This document shows, one piece after another, positions 1 through 11,900 of a stretch of DNA of 64,000 bases. Position 1 is the stretch's first letter, and the number at the start of each line of letters is the position of its first letter. Origin of the DNA: Pocillopora damicornis. Taxonomy: Eukaryota. Made by a program: the position numbers and the translations under genes. A model generated the notes under the pieces. That model searched no databases. It saw only the letters and a program-made list of their open reading frames with translations, and was not told the DNA's origin. Where the stretch lies: NCBI RefSeq assembly GCF_003704095.1, contig NW_020844463.1, forward strand, positions 62,001 to 126,000, in the 5' to 3' direction.

Positions 1-844
1 TTGCGTACACTAAAGTAATACTCAGGCAAATGGAGGACAAGTAAGTAGAAGCCCGTGATAATTCGGTCAATGTCGAAAATGCTCAAACGTGTGATACAAT
101 TACAGAAAGGTCTGAGGTTCTATTCCTCATGGGAACCCAGAAGTTTTTCTTTGTCCCACGCTCGTAACAAGACGATAACACATCTTTCTCTATTTCTTTA
201 CCGAGCCCAAAAACTTACCATCTCTCTTATTCTATTTACAAACTTGACGTTATCAACATTGCTGATCCTAGCAGTATGCAGAACTTCGTAATAGACCTCG
301 CTCACCTTAGAGTCTCTGTGGCTCAGTGGAAGAACATCATAGCGCAGAATCTCAGGGTCTGAGGTTCGATTCCCGGTGGGGACTCAGAAGTTTATCTTTG
401 TCACACGCTCGTGAAGAGACGAGAAAACATCTTTCTCTATTTCTTTACCGAGCTTAAAACTTACCATTTCTCTTAATTTATTTGCAAACTACGGAAGGTG
501 TTGCTATTTAAAAAAAATCTGTACTTGACTGAGCCAGGTAGCACCTTTGGAGCAATGTTTTTTAAATTGTCTCAATGTAATTTGTATCGGGTAGTTATGC
601 GACGACTTGCATTAGATACAAGGTTTCTCTGTTTTCATTTGTGGTTTTTTTTTGTTTCGTTTTGTTTATTTTTTGCTGCCAACGAATATATGAAATAAGT
701 AAATATGTCTTACCAATTTATCGTGACGTATGAAAATCGTTTTAATTCGTTTTACTTTTCAGATCTCAAGCACTGATCGCAGATTTGGGCGGAAATCCTC
801 AACTTTCAGCTATAGTTAAACAATTGGCAAAACTTTATTCCTAG
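1..844 (+). CDS. GGPS1: Geranylgeranyl pyrophosphate synthase, last two coding exons (5'-partial)
   Basis: Exons <1..40 (donor GTAAGT at 41, phase 2) and 763..844 (acceptor TTTTCAG, stop TAG) splice to ..AYTKVILRQMEDKSQALIADLGGNPQLSAIVKQLAKLYS*. This matches the animal GGPS1 C-terminal pattern (YT..L..LE.K....I...GGNP.L..LV..L.K). AATAAA signals lie at about 859 and 870. Not in the ORF track. Confidence 0.85.
109..480 (+). mobile_element. tRNA-derived SINE, one near-complete copy preceded by a 5'-truncated tandem copy
   Basis: A box TGGCTCAGTGG at 319-329 and B box GGTTCGATTCC at 363-373, with acceptor-like stem GAGTCTC/GGGACTC. Bases 109-238 repeat 356-480 directly. Located in the last GGPS1 intron. 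Confidence 0.7.
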
Positions 845-2639
845 GAACTTTTTTTAGAAATAAACTTTAAATAAAACAAATTATAAGTGAATAATTAGAG
901 AAAGACATTACATCATAGACAAATGATTTTAATTGAACGACATAACAGCTTCATATAATGAGAAGAAGGAAAGGTAATGAAGTCGGAATGAATTTGTACG
1001 AGTGTGTATCATCATCCTTTTTTCCCACATTAAAATGTTAACTGATTTTCACACTATCACCCGGATTGTCCTCGCTTGCGAACAGTGCTGCACCACTTGA
1101 AAGAAGACAGATGGACAATCCTCAACATACACGAGCGATCTTGGTTTGTTGTGGTTTGCATTTAATCATTGTATCGCTTGGTACATTTTCGACAATTACT
1201 TTCTGTCGCATTCAATTGGCTATCGATAGGGATCTGTGTTTGCGTTGGTTCTGCTTCACTGCGGTCTACAATTGGATTTCAAAGCCACGCTACTCCTTCA
1301 ACTAATCAAACGTGTCGCTTTGATTTCAATAGTTCCTTTTAAACTAGGGAAATCGACGTAATGCAGATGCTCTTACATCGGACCCAAAAAACGAATCCAA
1401 TCTAATACTCTTGTTGAATCGTCTCGGGGTAAGAAGTGTTTGGTTTTCGTCTCTCTTTTAGCCATTATTTGAATTTTGAGTCCACGGTTATTCAAAGCAT
1501 AGCCCTTGTAACGAGTGTCTGTTTGACTGAGAATCGATTTATATGATTGTTTTGTAATCCTTATGTGAGTCCTGTGACTCTGGAGCCTGCAAGCCAGTAC
1601 GTATGGCTTCTTCTTGTAAGTGATTCGTCCTATGCCGTCAATAGGGTTTAGTGGTTAAACAGAATCTTCCATTGCTGGAAAATTTTTATACTGACCTTCA
1701 TTCGAACTCCCACCTGGCTTTCGTTCTTGAAGATTGACTGTTTAGGTTAAAGTATTTAGCGTGGTTTGCTTTAACAGCTCTTCTCTCTATCCATGCTCGT
1801 TACAACAATTGTCGCTAATTTAGAGGGGACCAGCATTTTATTGTCTACAAGACTCTGCTCTTTCTTAATCTCTAGCGGTCTGTACTTTTGCATTTTTTTC
1901 TCTTGTAATCTTTTTTCTTTTTTTGATAACTTTGTTCGAATAGAACCAAATGCAAGAAATGAGTTGATAATCTTGATTTCAGTTGTTTCCATTGATTTGT
2001 AACCTGTTTCACTCGAGTGTTCGGTTTCACCAGCTAACGGCCACCTCGGTGAGAAACGCTTTTTCCTTCGTCAGGATGAAAATAACCCATGCCTTGGTGT
2101 GATGGGAATAAGCTTTCATAGCTACCATCTAAGACTTTTTATTTCACAAAAGGCAATAGCGACTCCGATTTGTAAGATTCATGTACCTGGAGGCGTCTTT
2201 AAGAAGAACTGCATGAAATTAAACATTGACTTCCGGCAAACCTCAGAAGCGGGTGGCCTCTTTCACATGCCATGATATCGCACCGTTTTGACAAAGAACG
2301 ACCTGTGTCACCAAATTAAAGGTGAAATATCGTCCGTGGTGGTTTGGTCTGGGGGCTTTTTAATGTTGAGGGATTCTACGCCAATGTGAACAGAGAACAC
2401 TTACAGTTTAATTCAATTTCTTCCAGCAAGTTCTTTGTCAAACAACAGACATAATTGGCAGTGGAGATATTTATTGGTAAACTTTACATAGGGCATCAAT
2501 TAGTAATAGTGTAAGTCGAGGCCTCGCTCAATTGTGTTTAGCAACCTTTATAATCTAAAAGGTCGATACTGTCGGAAGAAAAAGATCAGTCACTGTCGAG
2601 GTTCCAATCACAGGTAAGGAAAGGACAGTATCTTGTGAG

Positions 2640-5600
2640 ATGAGTGGATGGTTCGCGATAGTTTTTGTTTTGGTGACATCGTTCCTTCTGGTGGCCGGAA
2701 ACAAACCCAACAACTGCGGTGTCTATGGTCATTGTTCCACTGATAAAACAGATTCGAAGGAAAATTTGAACAACTTTGGGGCAAACTCGAATTTTGAGAG
2801 GAAAAGAAGTCAAGTTAATCAAACCAAAAACTATGTCAAGGAAGAAATATCTTCAAAGAGGGACGACACTTTCACAGATGTGCTTAAAAACCTCTTAGCT
2901 AAGGTGGACAAGGCCAAAACTGCAATCACAAACTTGAATAGTGTACCTCAAAGAAACGCTTCTTCTACCGTAAAACCGGTAACGAACCCCGTCAACGTCT
3001 CCAAAACAACCGCAGCCCCCGGCACCAGCACTCCCCCAACTGTTCCAACTACGCTAAGCTCAAGTTCCACTTCCGGAAGTACAACCTCGTCCTCGGTCGG
3101 AAGTGAGGCCACTACGACTGCGGCACCCACCGTTACAAGCTCTCCAAGCCCTACCCCTACGACCCCGGCCGTGAAACCTACGGGCAACGCCTCGTGTAGT
3201 GGAGCTTTAGGGGCTTGTGCTGGTGGTGTGCCTGTGGTGATACCCGGTAAAAATAACATCACTATTGCTCCTGGGGTCGTTTTAACTCCAAATGGTGAAA
3301 TTATCTTAACTCCACACCTTCCGCTGTTGCCGGGGGCTGGTCAAACTCCAGGAAGTAAACCTTATCCCGGGACCTTTCCCGCTTTATTAGCCGGGTTAGC
3401 CGCAGCAACCGGGTCAGTAGGAGCTACAGGAGGTGTTACCGCGGTGGCTAGACCAGGAGCTCCCCAAACGTCCTCCATTGCTCAACAAAGTAAGTAAAAT
3501 TGTCAGAAGATCGTCTTATTTAATCCTTAAACTAGGCGTGGTTGAGAGGTGAAACAGAGCTCAGTTGGGGTTTGTTACTTGAATCAAGCCAAGTGAAGGA
3601 AGGCGGCTCCTTTATTCGAACTAAGGGAAAGAGAAATTATTCAGTTTGAAGTTAGATGTCTGAGAAAAATCTGCTGCTTAACAAATATGACCCTATTGTG
3701 TGAAATTTTCAAGGACTGCCAGCTTTAGGGGAGGGTTAATAAAAGACTCAAAACTATTCCGAGTGGGATGATGGGTACTGACACCACAACGATTAAGAGG
3801 TGTCAATTCTGATGTAATACAGCAAAGCCAAAATACCATAATATGAGTTAAAAACGTAAAGACAAATATAGTCTTAAAACCTGAAGAAGCCAAAGGTACG
3901 AGGAAGGCAAGAATGAGAAGCAACACAGACACAGATTGCATTTAAATAATCTTGAAAACACCAACAATTAAAAACTAATTTGCGAAGTTGTCTTTTTTAC
4001 AGGTCCATGTGTCAATAACTTCAATAGTTGTCAGGATTGGGCTGCTAAAGGAGAGTGCACTAAGAACTCACCGTTTATGATGGTAAACTGTCGACGTAGC
4101 TGCACCAACTGTGGTGAGAAAATAACCAATAATGTGTGAGGTTTTTATTGTGTAAATTGATTTTCGCGAAAAATGTTGCAGACTTACATATTCTGTTTTA
4201 TGTTATTCTTCACCTGAATGAAAATGTGTTTTCCATGTCATCTCTGACGTTTTAGTTGTTGTTTTTCCCATGCAGCAAAGTGCGAAAACAGCCAACGGCA
4301 GTGCATTGATTGGTCAAAACATGGAGAATGCAGCAAGAACAGGCCATATATGGAGCAAAAATGCTGGCGAAGTTGCTCGAAATGCGGTCAGTAAGAAAAA
4401 AAAAACCTCAACTGAGGAAAGAAAAATCTGTTCTTGTTCCGGTTCTTATCCCATGCTTAATGTTTTCTAGTCGACTCCCATAGTCAGTTTCAAGTCTTTT
4501 TTTGTCACAGACAGATAGAGAAACGCTAGCGTTGCCACGAAATTCAAGAAATGACAAAGCTCAGTAAAGTTTGATAATTCAAGGTTGGAAAAACTCAGCC
4601 AAATAACGTCGCCATATTGTATAGCAGACTTGCAACGAGTGTTAGGGAAGAGACCCAGGGGGCATATGACCCATTTTTGCAAAAAAGGACAGTTTGTATA
4701 TTTATTTAAGGAGCCTTCTTATCCAAAAATAATTTTCAAGGCTATCGTGATTTCCCCGTCTTTTAGCAGTTCAATTACAATGTAACTAACACTGACTTCA
4801 TTTTATTCAAAAGCTCCTTGCGTAAACAAATTTCCTCACAAATGCATCACATGGGCTAAAGATGGCAAATGTTCATCAAACAGAAACTTTATGGAAATGA
4901 TGTGCTGGAGAAGCTGCTCAAATTGTGGTAAGAGGAAACTGGATTGCTTGAACAACTGTCTACTGCATCCAATCAATAATTGGAATAGAAAATGAGAAGC
5001 GACTGATCGCTCGCCTGACCCTTTGACTGATCGGCAAAACGGACACCCCGGCAAAATGTTTGCTTGATACACTAAGTTTCTTGAAATGCCATGTTGTGAC
5101 AAAGTAGATCACTCTTTTTCTTCGCTAGAATTGCAGTTCCTGGGTGGTTGATACGCTTTATTACAGATCATAGAGATTGGGTTAAGGCCTTAGCGGTTAT
5201 TATGCTGCATTCCAGAGCAGGATGTTTAATCTCACAGCAACCTTGTTCCATCGTGACAGATAAGTTAGGTTCCGAAAATTTCAAGGAACATGGCAAACTG
5301 CCGGAGGTTACCTGAGATGAAAGAGATAAAAGAGATGAGACGCAGCATTATAGCGTTAACTCGCTGAACTCGGGATCAAACGGTTCGGGTACAAAGCCCT
5401 CGAAATCCCTGTGCTCTTGATTAGGACACTCAAAACTCCCCTCTTCACTCAGGACTGAAAATTGTGTCGGCAAACTGTCAGGAAAACCTAGAGTACCTTA
5501 CTAAGAGCTGGGCGCTAACCCTTCAATGGATCATTTCTACTAGTTAGTCGAATAGGTTTCCTACCTTTCTTCACATTTCAATTGTTTTCACAATTCAGTT

Positions 5601-7434
5601 AAATGCGAGAACAAGCGAGATGGATGTGTGGATTGGGCTGCAGATGGGCAATGCACTAAGACTGCTCCTTTTATGTTAGAAAACTGCTGGAAAAGCTGTT
5701 CGTTTTGTGGTGAGTTACATTTTATAGGTTTTGATGATAATCATTACTATTATAGCGATTCACTCAACATTAAGGCTCCTTTCTCAAAAGGATGGCCCGA
5801 ATTTAATCTCCTCTCTTGTTGTAACTCCACTCCTAAGAGAAATATCCATTGATGGAGTAAAGTCAGAATGAAAGCTGAAGCTGGTGTTGAAATTATGCGG
5901 AAACCGTTAATAGTGTTGATAAAACTGTCACTATGATACTGCGAGTTAAAGACTGCAGTAACTGTCATCAAAATGGACGACAATGTCTTTCAAGGGAAAT
6001 ATTCGTTACATTACATTGATAACAGCTTCCAGCGTGTACGAAAGATTGTAAACAGTACTAAAACTATCACAGTACTTGTTGAGAAGAATAAGTAGAAGAC
6101 TGTAGTGCCTTAGAAATACTAGCTCAAAGACTATTAATTACGAAAAAAAAATTACCCGTTTCGTTTTAAGTTATCGAAAAAGAGTGACACCAGGTCGCAC
6201 ACGTCATGCGGCGCTAACAATAACTTTTTTAGGCGCCAGGATTGCAAATTATTACGTAATTGTCTTTGTTCGGGGTTTGCTTAGTTTAGTTTTCGCGTCT
6301 TTGCAGATTTGTTACCTTTGTTAATTAGTCTTATTTTGTAAGCCAAACTTTTCCCGATCGGAAGATGTATTGGTAGCAGAGTGTTAGAGTGTCTCCCGAA
6401 GAATCTCGATACTAGTATATCTTTGGCGTTTCGTCCAACCAGCACCAGTATATTTTGTTATATACTAATATTTCTTACAATATTAATGTTTCTTAATTTT
6501 TATACTAATCGTCATTATTATTAGTATTGTTGTCATTATTAAGGAAACTTAAATCATTTTGATGATTGTTATGATGCATTTTAATAATCTAATAATTAAA
6601 AACCATCGTGAGTACTTAAAATAGTTCAGTACATTTGTATGAGTTTAGCTGAAACCTCAGGAAAACCAACTTAGGAGCACAGGAATTGCAAAGAGGAAGT
6701 TGCTTGAGTCTTTTTCATTTTTTTTTAGGCTTCTAGTAGGCCCTCATTAATAGCGCTTCGGCACGAGCGTTTTTTCGCCCGCGTGAAAGGTTGAGGCTTT
6801 GAACGACGCGATACGGCGAGAGATCTCCAAGGGGTCTATCACTAATATAGACCCCCAACAAACCTCTCCCCGACTCGTCTCAAATCATCCTGCGGACAGA
6901 TAAACGCGCGTTCTGCAGCGCTACGTTATTTCGTTCGCTACATTCCATAATGTTGAAGATGACGGTGATGAAGTTGATAATAATGATGATCTTCATTTTC
7001 ATCATTATCGTCATCATCATCATCATCACCATCATTATTTTAATAATTTATTAGTCCATTATTAATGTTGTTCCCTTACAGCTCCTTGTATCGATAAGCA
7101 TCCTACCAATTGTCCACTCTGGGCTAAGGATGGAGAGTGCAAGAAAAATAGGAAATTTATGGAAGACAATTGTTGGAAAAGTTGCTCAAACTGTAAGTGC
7201 TTTTGTTTCATTGCTTGTGTATCAATAATAAAAATAACCTTTCGAGGGTGATGAGAAGATTCTTCTTGATCCGCTCTTGATTTCGATCTTGATACTCAAA
7301 TGGCATTCGAATTTTTCCCCACAGGTTGCAAGGATAAAAACAAACACTGTTCAGAGTGGGCCAAAGCCCAAGAATGCACAAAAAACCCTGATTTTATGAA
7401 CGAAAACTGTGCTAAGAGTTGTAAAAAATGCTGA
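2640..7434 (+). CDS. Secreted Ser/Thr/Pro-rich (mucin-like) protein with six C-terminal ShKT domains, 505 aa
   Basis: Exons 2640-3489, 4003-4113, 4276-4386, 4814-4927, 5599-5709, 7082-7192, 7325-7434; all introns are GT-AG and phase 1. Signal peptide MSGWFAIVFVLVTSFLLVAG, then RKR and KR sites and an S/T/P-rich linker. Each later exon encodes C-x6/7-C-x2-W-x4-[GQ]-x-C-x5-[FY]M-x3-C-x2-SC-x2-C (ShKT), e.g. CVNNFNSCQDWAAKGECTKNSPFMMVNCRRSCTNC. Confidence 0.92.
5345..5545 (+). mobile_element. Degenerate SINE fragment (intron 4 of the ShKT gene)
   Basis: Decayed tRNA-like head (..GGATCAAACGGTTCGGGT..) followed by GTGCTCTTGATTAGGACACTCAAAACTC..CTCTTCACTCAGG..GGCAAACTGTCAGGAAAACCT, which resembles the central domain of cnidarian SINEs. 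A second, more decayed copy may lie at about 5180-5320. Confidence 0.35.
6751..6923. repeat. Imperfect palindromic (fold-back) MITE-like element
   Basis: Ends TAGCGCT / AGCGCTA, inner arms GCGTTTTTTCGCCCGC / GCGGACAGATAAACGC, central hairpin GGGGTCTAT..ATAGACCCC. Confidence 0.5.
7011..7028. repeat. (TCA)6 microsatellite
   Basis: TCATCATCATCATCATCA, inside a GAT/CAT-rich low-complexity tract at about 6950-7045. Confidence 0.8.
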
Positions 7435-8917
7435 GCATATATATTGCTACTTCACTCAGGCAATGTTGGAAGATCAGTGGGGAGCTCTTCTCGAAACACC
7501 ATCTTTTACAAACCATTTTAACGTCATTATAACACAAAATATTCAACTTCTCGAGAAATGAATTGCAGTAGTCTCTTGACAATTTTTTTGTTTGACTCAA
7601 GGCCGTTTTACTCATCGATTTACAGTCAACAAAGCTATTCAGTATACGTCTAATGGTTATAAAGATAAATTAGACTTACAAATCTCGTACGTAGATGAAG
7701 TATTTCCTGCGAGGTGGCCTAGGTAGGAATTAATAGGACCGTATATACATCCTTGATAAAGGATATTCCCATTGTCACGTGCGCATTGTAGTTAGTTTTC
7801 CGCTCATAAAGGAAAGCTGTCTAACATCGATTTATCGGTTCCTATTTTATTATTCTTTCGTTTTTAATGATTAACGAGAGCACTTCATTTCCAATGAAAA
7901 TATGTGTCAGCTTGGAGCCTATTTTTAGCAAATGTCAATTTTAAAGGTCGCTTAAAAAGAGAAATGTAGATAATGTTATGATAAATGTCTTCCTAGGGAA
8001 AAAAATAAATGGCCAATGTAGAAGAAAATTATTTAGATAAATAGAGATGAAAGTCAAATGGAACCACAGTTTCGTTAGCTGGTTATTGTCCGTCTTGATC
8101 CATTTTTCTTTAATCCTCCTCAGATGGGGCTTTAGGAAGCTTTCTGGAACTTCGACAGAGGGAGGGATGGGAAGGAAGATGAAGAGAGCTTTTAGGAGGT
8201 TAATCCCCCCAAATACTTTTTTCAATCCCTGTCACTATGAAGGTATTCCATTTTTTACCAAAAGCGAAAAAAAAAACAAAAGCAAAAGACAGTTAAAAAA
8301 AACCGTGTAACAACCTTAAAAGGTTTGTCCTGAGTATTTAACCAGTGATTTGTTTCACCAATCATACCTTGGTAGAAGAGCACATAGGTGGGGAGCCATG
8401 TTTTACTCTGGCTTTGACGTCGTGAACTGTCGGTAGATTACCGTACACCAAAACTTTTAAATTAAATTACTTTAAATATATCTATCTTCTCAACATGAAA
8501 AGATAGTTATTAAAATATCGCGCTTTATTACAAAGGGCAGTTGCACTGAATTGTGTCACGATCCAACAAGATTAAACTCAAACAGCAGGGTTAGTAAGCT
8601 TGGCAGATGTTTCTCAGTGGTCAAGATCTTTCCATCTGCGATTGTTTGTGTCAAGTTAATAGTGTTTTAGTCTAAGAAAATGGACTTCTCAGCCTCCTAC
8701 CGATAAGCACGTTCATTTAACAGTTTTAAGGTGATGCTTTAACTCCACAAAGCTTCGACCAATAAGATCGTAACTTAATACGTAAGAAACACTATGAAAG
8801 GTACTTCATTATTTAAGACTTTCAGTTAGTCTGATTTAAGCATGTAAGCTTTTAAATCTTTAAGAGTTAATTTTACATCAACTTCAATACATTTGTCTTC
8901 GGTTGCATGGTTGCAAA

Positions 8918-11900
8918 ATGGAGATTCGTTTTGTTGTAATCCACCTTTTGATGTGGTGTATAATATACCTTAAGGTAAGTAAAAAGGTTTTTATTTACGC
9001 CAGCGTTGTTTGGAATTAAGGCGTGAAGTTAATTAAGGCCTACGTTTCTTCATTTACAAAGTGAGTTTTTTTACCGAGCCATGATTTGTTGTTGTGGACA
9101 GACCTAAAAACTTTGGAGATGAAAGGGTTAATCAAATCAATGCAAACAGCTCGTCATATCTAGTTTACGAAGACATAGAAATTATTGTTAATGTCAGGAA
9201 AACAAATTTAAAATCTCGTAATTATTCTCTATCATTTTCGAGTCCTTTTCAGCAAAGCTATATCTGGTCCCTTAAATGTATTAATTTCTAGATCTGAAGA
9301 AAGAATCCAATCCTGGGCCTCATTCCCCAAAGTGTTGTCATATGTCATATGCCGGCAGTTGCGTAACGTCTTAACTCTACGGCGGCAAGGCTTTTCCTCC
9401 TTGCAAAGTTAAATGATTCCTTTTTTCTCAATGTGCAGGGGATTTCCATAGCTCGAACTACACCAATATTAAATGTACAGGTTGCAGTAGATGACAGCGA
9501 GCCCTTGTTTCAAGGGTAAGATTAGCAAAAGCTAGTTTTAAAACATTTACAAGATTTTTTTTATTTACTTTGTTTAGCACTAGCGTGACTACTCTCTAGC
9601 ATATTCAGCTCTTGCTTGTCATAATTAATTATTTAATTGTCGAAAACAACAAATAGATACCTGATTAAAGTGTCAGTGGGATATTAAAAATGTGAATTCC
9701 ACGAGGCGATTATTGGAAAAGCCTATGGAAGGACATTTTTTCAGTTTCACCATTTAAAAAGCAAAATCTTTCATTTATTTGCCCCGAAACAAGATTTTTT
9801 GCTTATCTACGTTATATCTAAGTGGCAAGACTGTTTCCCCGCTATAGTCTGCCCTAGCTTGTCATAATACATAATTTAATAGTCCACCAAAAAAAATGAA
9901 AAAATAAAATATTTGAAATTTTTCATTCTTGATTTTTTTCACAGAAACAAAACTAGAGTCAACGTAAATGTAACCCATAAAAACAACTCAACGTCTGCGG
10001 TTAGCCATGTAACTATCATTCTACAGGCTTCATTTAAAGCAGAATTCAGTTCAGTAAACTTAACTTCGTTCTCAGTGATTCCAGATGTGCTACAAAATAA
10101 CAGAGTCGAGGTACGATTCCTCTCTTGTTCACATTTCTATTCAGTAAATCATCTCATTTCAAGGAAATACTGGAAAAAAGGTATAATCACACAAACAAAT
10201 ATAACGGAAGCCGTCAGTGGACGTTCCCAAAATTGAACCGCGTGTGTCTTGTAAGTTCCCATCCATGTCTTATCTCTTTGTGCATAGTGTTAAGTTCGAT
10301 CACAGTTTTACAAAACAATTAAAAAAGCAGGAGAAATCTTGAATTAACTAATGTAGTCAAAAAGTTGAATTGATTCAGTTAGTTGTAGTTCATAATACCG
10401 TTCTTTGGCTTTTTTCAGCTCAACAGGCTCGAGCTGGGTCAGCAATTCTCGTATGAAGTAGTCATTTCCATTGATCCTCAAGGACTCACTGAGCCCGGTC
10501 GCCTTCACGTAGCTTATGTGATCAGCACCATAACATATAGCGGTGAATACAATAATTTTACAGATCCAAATGACGGAACAAGGCTGACTAAAACTTCTGA
10601 CAGTTTTCACACTTCGTTCTACTTCTACGTACCAGGTTTGTTACGGAGTGCTAGACTAGACGCCTTTAACTTGTCTCTGCTAAGTACACCAATATGAAAA
10701 AAAGGCATCAAATGTGGTCGTAATAAAAGAACTCAAGAGCCATCAAGTTTCATTCTTTCTCGGCCATGACGTACGGACCTCGCTTTGCTTGATCCGTACT
10801 TCATGACCTCGAAGGATATAGTGTATTTTCAACGTCTCATTACTTCATCTCTTTATTGAAACCAAGAAAATTTCTAATGATGAACGAAGGTTGTGAAAAG
10901 AGTAGAAATTGTTTCGGAGCCTACATGATGGAAGCTGTTATTATCCATCAATCTGCATGTTGAAACATCGGGTAAATTTTTTTTAAAGTAGCATCTTCTT
11001 TTCTATGCAAATCTTCACATAGGTCGAAGATGACCATTAACAAGACAAAAGGTAACATAGCACGCACTACTTTTGAAACAAGCCGCCTCACAGCGAAATT
11101 GTAATTATAGAGATAAAACCTCTCACAGCCAATATCTCTGACAAACCGATCGCGAAAATATGCCAAAGATATCGTGATATGCACAGCCTAGAATTTTTCT
11201 TATTAGATTCCCCCTGTGTTCAACCGCTGGGTATGAGAAGTGGGTACATCAAGGAGAGCCAACTTTTATCATCGTCATTCTTCAAGACATCTCAAGATTC
11301 ACTTGGTCACAGTCCCCATCGGGCTAGGCTTGGCAGCTCAGGGCACTGGTCCCCTGCCAATGGAAGCTCTTCAATTGACAGAGAACAGTTTATACTAATC
11401 AACTTTGAGAGATTCATCCGTCTAAAAATGGTTTGTTTGAGCACCTTTTGTTGTGCAAAACTACTTAAACAAAGATTTATGTGTGTCGCGGTCACTTTTT
11501 AAAGAAGTGTAAGTCAGTTGTTTACGCTCAGGGTTAAAAAAAATGATCAATTTATGGATTTTATTTCATAGTTTAGTCTATAAACTATTATTGGTTGACT
11601 GCATTGGCTTTGTTCACTTATTTCTTAAAATTCTAGATCGTGTTACAAGGAAAACCAAATTCTGAAGAACACGTCAAAACTTTTAATGCTTGGACGAGTC
11701 TTGACGGGGAGGAGTGGAAGAAAGAAAAACCTCTACCTAAGGTTTCTATATTATTATATTTTTTATCTAATAGCTTGCAATCGGTGCACTTACTAATAGG
11801 AATTCATAGATTATTTATGTTTCATAGGCATCTACGAACGGTGATCACTCTAAATAACTGACTTTCGAATTAATCGATGAGCTGCCTATTCTATACTGAG

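Noticed and set aside
310-386. Genuine tRNA gene
   Set aside because: A and B boxes are present, but the D and anticodon arms are broken and the sequence continues into a repeated body, so it is a SINE head.
1300-2100. Possible decayed retroelement ORF on the minus strand (Lys-rich ORF 1771-1992) with a CTGACGA near 2070
   Set aside because: No recognisable RT or endonuclease motif and no stem II/GAAA geometry; too degraded to call.
2948-3262. 104-aa minus-strand ORF
   Set aside because: It is the antisense shadow of the GC-richer S/T/P exon.
1-7434. GGPS1 as the edge of a terpenoid biosynthetic gene cluster
   Set aside because: No terpene synthase, P450 or dehydrogenase exons are visible downstream; the neighbours are secreted modular proteins.
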